From: a virus
Lineage: Duplodnaviria; Heunggongvirae; Uroviricota; Caudoviricetes
DNA length: 25,860 bases
Direction: 5' to 3' (one strand)
Virus record (IMG/VR): IMGVR_UViG_3300045988_049160
The translations under genes were made by a program, and so were the position numbers. Under the pieces are notes generated by a model, which saw nothing but the letters and a program-made list of their open reading frames with translations, was not told the DNA's origin and did not search any database. Positions 1 to 4,936 of the stretch are shown one piece after another (the first letter of the stretch is position 1; each line of letters begins with the position of its first letter).

Positions 1-835
1 TAATTTTAAATAACTCTCCCTGGATAAAATCTTCAGAAGCATAAAAAAGAGGCTGGCCCGGTATTCTCTCAAATAAAAAACGAGCATTTTTAAATCGACT
101 GACATCCGGAAGAGTTGATACTTTAAAAGTAAGCCCTAATCCGTCAATTTTATAACCTGGAGATGAGGCTTCAAGGCACGCGCTTATTGCAGTGGAATCG
201 TCATTTATACCATCACCAACAGCTCCAAAATCTTTGGGGCTAATAGCATCACGCATTTTATCCTGGAACGTTCGGTACACAGCCCCAGAACCATACTGAA
301 TAAACCAACCAAAACCACCAACAACTCCGGCGATTGCAGCATCGACATAATTACGCATTGAGCGATTATTTACAGCGTCCTGCTCAAATGATGGATCTGC
401 AAGGTTAGAAATTTTGTTTTGCTTTGCATCGTAATATTTTGCAAGCAAAGATGGTTTCATCAATGCACGTCTGAACCACCCAAAACATTGCTGGATCAGC
501 ATCGTCAGGTAGTCAAAGGCATCTTCATGCACTTCGGGGAAAAATTTTCCCTGATTGCGAAGGTCTGTGTCCTGCACTACATCAAGCACACGATCTATCG
601 TAATTCGCCATCCAGTAGCAAGCGGAGACGGAAGAACCACAGAACCGCCACTATAAGTGCCCGCCCCAGTTACCGTATAACCGGTATCCAGGACCAATTC
701 TGTTACGTTTCCGTTCAGATCAGACACCTGAACAACCAGGTCTGATTTTCTGAAAATTCGAAAAGTATACGGAAACGATGTCGTAACGCCGTTACCGGTG
801 TATTCGTTGTGGTCAACTTCGGTTGAGACCGTCAT
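1..835 (-). CDS. Tailspike / tail fibre protein, N-terminal ~278 aa (partial; C-terminus lies beyond the window start). T7 gp17-like particle-binding N-domain followed by the start of a pectate-lyase-like beta-helix (putative depolymerase).
   Basis: Open frame on the minus strand from ATG at 835..833 to position 1 with no stop; not in the ORF track because it is truncated. GGAG Shine-Dalgarno 8 nt upstream. Translation begins MTVSTEVDHNEYTGNGVTTSFPYTFRIF..., resembling podovirus tail-fibre N-termini; the later motif DFGAVGDGINDDSTAI is typical of beta-helix tailspikes/depolymerases. Confidence 0.6.
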   Translation of the reverse strand, partial: MTVSTEVDHNEYTGNGVTTSFPYTFRIFRKSDLVVQVSDLNGNVTELVLDTGYTVTGAGTYSGGSVVLPSPLATGWRITIDRVLDVVQDTDLRNQGKFFPEVHEDAFDYLTMLIQQCFGWFRRALMKPSLLAKYYDAKQNKISNLADPSFEQDAVNNRSMRNYVDAAIAGVVGGFGWFIQYGSGAVYRTFQDKMRDAISPKDFGAVGDGINDDSTAISACLEASSPGYKIDGLGLTFKVSTLPDVSRFKNARFLFERIPGQPLFYASEDFIQGELFKI

Positions 836-938
836 GTTAAATCTCCAGATAGTCGCAGCACCCGTTGCGCCGCATATCTGGTTATTCTATTACCTGAAAA
901 ACCATATATGGATAAAAAGACTATAAATACCAATAGAT

Positions 939-955
939 ATTACCTTTCGGGTAAT
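939..955. promoter_or_regulatory. Putative operator, inverted repeat ATTACC-TTTCG-GGTAAT (copy 1 of 5)
   Basis: Perfect 6-bp inverted half-sites with a 5-bp spacer, in the divergent intergenic region between the tailspike start (835) and the small antirepressor-like gene (1031). Confidence 0.45.
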
Positions 956-991
956 TTGCAAAACGTGCTGGATAGCAAACAAATTATTTGT

Positions 992-1011
992 TACTGTATA
1001 AACATACAGTT
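992..1011. promoter_or_regulatory. LexA (SOS) box, TACTGTATAAACATACAGTT
   Basis: CTGT-N8-ACAG with AT-rich spacer, close to the E. coli LexA consensus TACTGTATATATATACAGTA; sits about 20 bp upstream of the RBS/ATG of the 1031..1288 gene. Confidence 0.6.
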
Positions 1012-1030
1012 ATTGCATGGAGAAGATAAG

Positions 1031-1288
1031 ATGCAGCAGTATCACTATCCACTGGAAGACGGATTTACCGAAAGGATTCACACGCCGGGAGGCGTCAGGT
1101 CACTGGTGGAGGGATCGCACTTGATGAAATTACTCCGGGATCTCGATAAGGATGGATTTAATGTCGATGGCCCACTTGCCGAACTGACTGCACTGATTAA
1201 CTACGTCACCAGCTCACAGATGTCTATGCAGGATCTGCAAACACATCTCGACTATTGTGCCGAACAATTACGAAAACAAACCCGGTAA
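1031..1288 (+). CDS. Small (85 aa) antirepressor-like protein, paralogous to the C-terminal domain of the Bro-N antirepressor at 2435..3127; putative SOS-inducible antirepressor
   Basis: Internal ATG at 1031 preceded by GGAGAAG RBS; the annotated 908 start would put the operator and LexA box inside the coding sequence. IHTPGGVRSLVEGSHLMKLLRDLDKDGFNVDGPLAELTALINYV...DLQTHLDYCAEQL aligns by eye with IHSPSGVLGLTENSLLMNLLNQLQDDGHDVSGAAAELTTMFCYI...DIQTHAEYINDK of the larger protein. Confidence 0.55.
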   Translation: MQQYHYPLEDGFTERIHTPGGVRSLVEGSHLMKLLRDLDKDGFNVDGPLAELTALINYVTSSQMSMQDLQTHLDYCAEQLRKQTR

Positions 1289-1294
1289 ATTTAA

Positions 1295-1312
1295 AGGCCG
1301 CAAGAGCGGCCT
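1295..1312. terminator. Hairpin AGGCCGC-AAGA-GCGGCCT between convergent genes, likely bidirectional terminator (stronger for the minus strand)
   Basis: 7-bp GC-rich stem; on the minus strand it is followed by TTTAAATTT; overlaps the stop codon of the 1311..2039 gene. Confidence 0.4.
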
Positions 1313-2039
1313 ATCGTTTCGCTTTGTGCTCGTCCCAGCACGTTTTGCACCATGCCATTAAGCCGTCCGCATTTTGATTATTAGGGTAAAAGCTGGTCCG
1401 TTTTCTGCGGACATTACAAATTGGGCACCACTTCATATGGCGTGTATTCTTTGGGCCATCGAGACACCTTGCACACCACTTAGTCAATCCATCTGGATTT
1501 TTTGACGATTTCCGGAATTTGTCATATGGAAGGTTTATTCTGCATCGCAAACACTGCTTGCGGCCACTTGAAACTCTGTTAGCTGATTCTTCTTTTGGCG
1601 GCGATACAGAAGGTATTCTTGCTGGCTCTGATACTGCCTGAGGTGCTTTTTTAGATGACTGAGACGATATGTCATCACCAGGGAATCTTCCATGATATGC
1701 CGGACGCGTTGACACTCCAGGTGGAAGCTCAGCTGTAAACGGCTTTGGCTGAATCAGTTGCCTCTCTTTTGCTAACTCCTGCTGTTTATAATATGTCTGG
1801 ATTACCGCACTATCATAAGCAGGAGGTGCGGAAATATTAGGCGCATTACCTCCAGTTTTTTGAAACTGAGTAGAGGTGTGTTCTATCACCTGTGTACGAT
1901 TAATCGTTATCTCCCCATCTTCGGTCTTTATCGTTTTGTTATGATTAACGACCGTACGATCAGAGATCTTAGTCTTGTTCTGGTTGATAACGTAAATAAT
2001 CACCGCAACCACACCAACAACTATCCAGAAAACTTCCAT
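1311..2039 (-). CDS. Membrane-anchored protein with N-terminal transmembrane helix, Pro-rich linker and two tandem C4 zinc-ribbon repeats; function unknown
   Basis: 242-aa ORF; N-terminus MEVFWIVVGVVAVIIYVI is hydrophobic; C-terminus has two Cys-x2-Cys pairs repeated twice (CLRC...NPDGLTKWCARC and CPIC...NADGLMAWCKTC). GAGGAAAA RBS upstream of the ATG at 2039. Confidence 0.5.
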   Translation of the reverse strand: MEVFWIVVGVVAVIIYVINQNKTKISDRTVVNHNKTIKTEDGEITINRTQVIEHTSTQFQKTGGNAPNISAPPAYDSAVIQTYYKQQELAKERQLIQPKPFTAELPPGVSTRPAYHGRFPGDDISSQSSKKAPQAVSEPARIPSVSPPKEESANRVSSGRKQCLRCRINLPYDKFRKSSKNPDGLTKWCARCLDGPKNTRHMKWCPICNVRRKRTSFYPNNQNADGLMAWCKTCWDEHKAKR

Positions 2040-2058
2040 TGCTTTTCCTCACAATAAC

Positions 2059-2075
2059 ATTACCTTAAAGGTAAT
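2059..2075. promoter_or_regulatory. Putative operator ATTACC-TTAAA-GGTAAT (copy 2), perfect 17-bp inverted repeat
   Basis: Immediately upstream of the RBS of the minus-strand zinc-ribbon gene (ATG at 2039). Confidence 0.45.
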
Positions 2076-2152
2076 ATCTTGCTTTCAGGTGATCAAGCGT
2101 TAAACGCAATCAACCAAATACGGTTGATTTTAATATTTCTTCGCGTTTATCA

Positions 2153-2169
2153 TTACCTTTGCGGTAAAT
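2153..2169. promoter_or_regulatory. Putative operator ATTACC-TTTGC-GGTAAA (copy 3)
   Basis: Directly downstream of a -35/-10-like pair (TTGATT 2124-2129, 17-bp spacer), in the leader upstream of the antirepressor gene. Confidence 0.4.
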
Positions 2170-2434
2170 TTACATCGCACTCCTCTTGTGCCATAGTAAT
2201 CGGGCACTGGCAAAATCCAGTGCCGGGATTGGTCTCCCGGATTACTACAGAGGCACATATGCCGCATAAGCGGTTTTTTTATGTGTAAAGCGCACCTATT
2301 CTATGGTGGGCTGTGTGGGGGCACCGAAAGGTGCGCCGGGTTCCTTTGTAGCCGGTAAGACCAACTCTGCACAGTTCACCACCATCTGATTGGTCTCAGC
2401 GGTGGTGATTAACCTAACTACAAAGGTGATCGCT

Positions 2435-3127
2435 ATGAATACCAAACCTTCCATCTTTTCCTTTGAGTCATCCTGCCAGATCCGTATGTTCATGATTGAC
2501 GGAGAACCTTGGTTTGTCACCAAAGATGTGTGCAATGCTTTGAATATTGATGTTACACAAGCGAGAAAACTTGATAAAAAAGGCTGGAACAAAAAGGGGC
2601 TGTATTCAATACAGACCCCTGGTGGAATACAAGAACTATCCATCGTTTCAGAATCAGGTCTCTACATCCTTATTCTGCGTTGCAAAGAGGCAATGACTGA
2701 GGGAACGAGAGCATTCAGATTTCTTGAATGGGTTACAGGTGAGGTTCTTCCTCAGATCCGCCGCACCGGAAGTTACATTAAAAACTCGCTCCCGCAGGAA
2801 GAACGCATAAAGATGGTTGCCGACCAGGTAGCCAACGCCACGGCGTCAGCAGTAATGCAGGCAATGAAGATAGAGAACAAAACCTACAGTGCCCCGCTGA
2901 AGCCCGGCTACCGCAGCCTGATTCATTCGCCGTCTGGTGTTCTCGGCCTGACGGAGAACTCACTGCTGATGAATCTGCTGAACCAGTTACAGGACGACGG
3001 GCACGACGTATCGGGCGCGGCGGCGGAGCTGACCACCATGTTCTGCTACATCGTCGGTGTGAGCAAATGCCTGCGTGATATCCAGACCCACGCGGAGTAT
3101 ATCAACGACAAAGCAGGGTTCTTCTGA
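2435..3127 (+). CDS. Phage antirepressor-like protein with Bro-N N-terminal domain
   Basis: ATG at 2435 with AGGTGA RBS; N-terminal region FESSCQIRMFMIDGEPWFVTKDVCNALNI...GGIQELSIVSESGLYILILRCKEA matches the remembered Bro-N/antirepressor pattern; C-terminal domain duplicated in the 1031..1288 protein. Confidence 0.6.
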   Translation: MNTKPSIFSFESSCQIRMFMIDGEPWFVTKDVCNALNIDVTQARKLDKKGWNKKGLYSIQTPGGIQELSIVSESGLYILILRCKEAMTEGTRAFRFLEWVTGEVLPQIRRTGSYIKNSLPQEERIKMVADQVANATASAVMQAMKIENKTYSAPLKPGYRSLIHSPSGVLGLTENSLLMNLLNQLQDDGHDVSGAAAELTTMFCYIVGVSKCLRDIQTHAEYINDKAGFF

Positions 3128-3211
3128 CGAGCGGCGGCACATGGATGTGCCTACAATTATCAATAATTGTTTACACTCGTTGCAGTTAAAAGCATTATAC
3201 TCATGTTTAAA

Positions 3212-3228
3212 ATTACCCGATTGGTAAA
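3212..3228. promoter_or_regulatory. Putative operator ATTACC-CGATT-GGTAAA (copy 4)
   Basis: Lies between a TTTACA -35-like hexamer (3170-3175) and the RBS/ATG of the 3249 gene. Confidence 0.4.
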
Positions 3229-3248
3229 GTCGATTGGTTGAGGTTCAT

Positions 3249-3575
3249 ATGAGCAGAAGATATGTCAAGGAGCTGGCTATAGAGTCTGGCACCCCTTTGG
3301 GTATCGTTCCTGGCTCCAACTATGCCAAGGCTTTAAACCGAGACTCTGTCGTCAAAGTTATATCAAGAGACATGAATATGGTCGGAGACGATCTCAGACG
3401 GTCAGAAAATCGTGTTTATGCTGAATATATAGTAAAGAACGGAAAAAAAATTGCAGCGCCTGCTGGCGGAAAATGGGCAATAGTGACAGGGAAAAACTCA
3501 AATGCAAGAGGAAAACCAGAAGCTAAAGGAATGTCCTTCGACAAATATGCAAAAATCTATTGGGCAACCAAGTGA
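3249..3575 (+). CDS. Hypothetical protein (108 aa), first gene of a small operator-controlled operon
   Basis: ATG at 3249 with GAGG RBS 5 nt upstream (the track start at 3234 is a TTG). No recognisable motif. Confidence 0.45.
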   Translation: MSRRYVKELAIESGTPLGIVPGSNYAKALNRDSVVKVISRDMNMVGDDLRRSENRVYAEYIVKNGKKIAAPAGGKWAIVTGKNSNARGKPEAKGMSFDKYAKIYWATK

Positions 3576-4050
3576 TAACGAAGAAACTGAGTTCGAGGAA
3601 GTTGAGGAAGGGCTAAGTAACGAGATCATTCAACACCCAGATGCCTTCACAAGAGTTCTTGATCGCCCTGAAATTCAGGAGATAGTTGTCGCTCACCATG
3701 CGTTTCAGGGTCCGCTTCCTCCCCCCTATCTGCTTCGCGGGTATCAGGATATTTTACCTGATGCCCCCGAACGCATCTTCCAGCTGACGGAGAAGGAGTT
3801 TGCTCACCGCCAGAAAATGGAGGAAAAGGCACTTGACGGGGCTATTAATAGAGATAAACGTGGGCAGTGGTTTGGCCTGAGTGCAACTATTTTTACAGTA
3901 GCTTGTGCAACATTATTAGGTTTAACAGGTCATGAAGTTCTAGCTGGCACAGTGATCGGTACAGTTGTTGCAGTGGCTGGTATTTTCGTTCTTAGACAAA
4001 AACCAAGCATCAAGAAGAAATCTGAAGACAACAAACCTGAAGAAAAGTAA
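3502..4050 (+). CDS. Membrane protein, DUF2335-like (two C-terminal transmembrane helices); start uncertain (3502 or 3547)
   Basis: ORF overlaps the preceding gene in another frame; motif GPLPPPYLLRGYQDILPDAPERIF...EKEFAHRQKMEEKALDGAINRDKRGQWFGL followed by hydrophobic segments fits remembered DUF2335 phage membrane proteins. Confidence 0.45.
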   Translation: MQEENQKLKECPSTNMQKSIGQPSDNEETEFEEVEEGLSNEIIQHPDAFTRVLDRPEIQEIVVAHHAFQGPLPPPYLLRGYQDILPDAPERIFQLTEKEFAHRQKMEEKALDGAINRDKRGQWFGLSATIFTVACATLLGLTGHEVLAGTVIGTVVAVAGIFVLRQKPSIKKKSEDNKPEEK

Positions 4051-4071
4051 GCCCGCGCTGCGGGCTTTTTT
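4049..4071 (+). terminator. Rho-independent terminator (GCCCGC-GCT-GCGGGC followed by TTTTTT)
   Basis: GC-rich stem immediately after the stop codon at 4048-4050, followed by a T6 run. Confidence 0.6.
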
Positions 4072-4143
4072 GTGGACGAAACAAAAGTCAGTGCTACACT
4101 CATTGACGCCACATTGAGGTGGCTTATAGATGGAAATGTCACA

Positions 4144-4305
4144 ATGAAAAAAGCATTTGCTGCACTGTTCGTTTTGTTGTCTCTGGTAGCTTCAACTCAG
4201 GCCTTTGCCGGTCGTTGTCAGCACGACAGCGATACTGCCGCTGACGGCTCCCGCTGCGGTGGGCGTTCTGCGGATTCCCGCCCGGGCGGCGGTGGCATTC
4301 GTTAA
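4144..4305 (+). CDS. Small secreted peptide (53-aa precursor; predicted signal peptide MKKAFAALFVLLSLVASTQAFA; about 31-aa mature peptide with two Cys and Gly/Arg-rich tail)
   Basis: Internal ATG at 4144 of the 4072..4305 ORF; promoter-like TTGACG-17-ATAGAT upstream; own terminator downstream. Confidence 0.4.
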   Translation: MKKAFAALFVLLSLVASTQAFAGRCQHDSDTAADGSRCGGRSADSRPGGGGIR

Positions 4306-4327
4306 AAACAAGGCCGCGAAAGCGGCC
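4306..4327 (-). terminator. Rho-independent terminator ending the minus-strand late operon (hairpin GGCCGC-GAAA-GCGGCC, T-run on minus strand)
   Basis: Perfect 6-bp stem with GAAA loop at 4312-4327; the minus strand then reads TTGTTTTTAAC. Confidence 0.6.
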
Positions 4328-4328
4328 T

Positions 4329-4340
4329 GTGACATGTCAC
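4329..4340. repeat. 12-bp perfect palindrome GTGACATGTCAC (copy 1 of 4), overlapping the lipoprotein stop codon and adjacent to the terminator
   Basis: Exact sequence; identical copies at 21728-21739, 22120-22131 and 24386-24397. Confidence 0.8.
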
Positions 4341-4717
4341 GCAACGCAATTATTACCGCGCCATGTAACATTTTTAATAATCTTATCAGCACCAAACTCA
4401 ACGTAAACAGAGCAACTGAAATGGAGTGTATAACCGCCATCAGTTGTTGCGTATGTGTTTGAATATATAGTATTACCAATTAGATTAGACGTAGTATTAT
4501 ACGTTGTGGTTTGTGGTACGTTATAACTACCAGAGCTTGAGTAAACATACACTCTGTTTCCATCTGGAGATGTAAGCTCTCCCTGAGGATACCCCCACTG
4601 CTGAACCATTGCGTCTATACTCTGCCCGCGCCACGTAAGCATATTTCTTTCAAACTGTGCAGCTGACTGGCATCCAACGAGAAGCATAAATCCAAAAATC
4701 AAAAATACTTTTCTCAT
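4337..4717 (-). CDS. Lipoprotein (lipobox LLVGC), Thr/Ser/Tyr-rich mature domain; function unknown (candidate exclusion or lysis-associated lipoprotein)
   Basis: Internal ATG at 4717 gives MRKVFLIFGFMLLVGCQSA..., a classic signal peptide plus lipobox Cys; last gene before the operon terminator. Confidence 0.55.
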   Translation of the reverse strand: MRKVFLIFGFMLLVGCQSAAQFERNMLTWRGQSIDAMVQQWGYPQGELTSPDGNRVYVYSSSGSYNVPQTTTYNTTSNLIGNTIYSNTYATTDGGYTLHFSCSVYVEFGADKIIKNVTWRGNNCVA

Positions 4718-4802
4718 AATTACCCCTATCATGGAAAAACAGCACCAATCCACAAATTAACTAGTTATTTTATTATTCTTCCGAACAATACAATTCCGAA
4801 TA

Positions 4803-4925
4803 CTACAAAGCCGAACCATGCCGCTGCACGCAACAGAGATTCCAATTGAAACCCATTTTTATCAAAATGTATGAATAGCATAAAAACGCTGCACATATTA
4901 GTACAATAAAAGTTATTTGAACCAT
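4803..4925 (-). CDS. Small hydrophobic peptide (about 40 aa, one predicted transmembrane helix); alternative to the 62-aa ORF called in another frame
   Basis: ATG at 4925 (and 4928) is preceded by AAAAGGAG; translation MVQITFIVLICAAFLCYSYILIKMGFNWNLCCVQRHGSAL. The track ORF 4765..4953 has no RBS for any of its Met codons. Confidence 0.3.
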   Translation of the reverse strand: MVQITFIVLICAAFLCYSYILIKMGFNWNLCCVQRHGSAL

Positions 4926-4936
4926 CATATCTCCTT

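Noticed and set aside
419-745. 108-aa plus-strand ORF
   Set aside because: Lies entirely antisense within the long open minus-strand tailspike frame; no RBS; most likely a shadow ORF.
908-1030. Upstream extension of the 1031..1288 ORF (start at 908)
   Set aside because: It would place the operator and the LexA box inside the coding sequence; the internal ATG at 1031 has a good RBS.
2079-2288. 69-aa plus-strand ORF in the antirepressor leader
   Set aside because: Overlaps operators and hairpins, no RBS; treated as non-coding leader.
4329-4340. GTGACATGTCAC as a CRP site
   Set aside because: TGTGA and TCACA-like halves are separated by 4 bp rather than the 6 bp required for CRP; the positional rule relative to terminators points to a different function.
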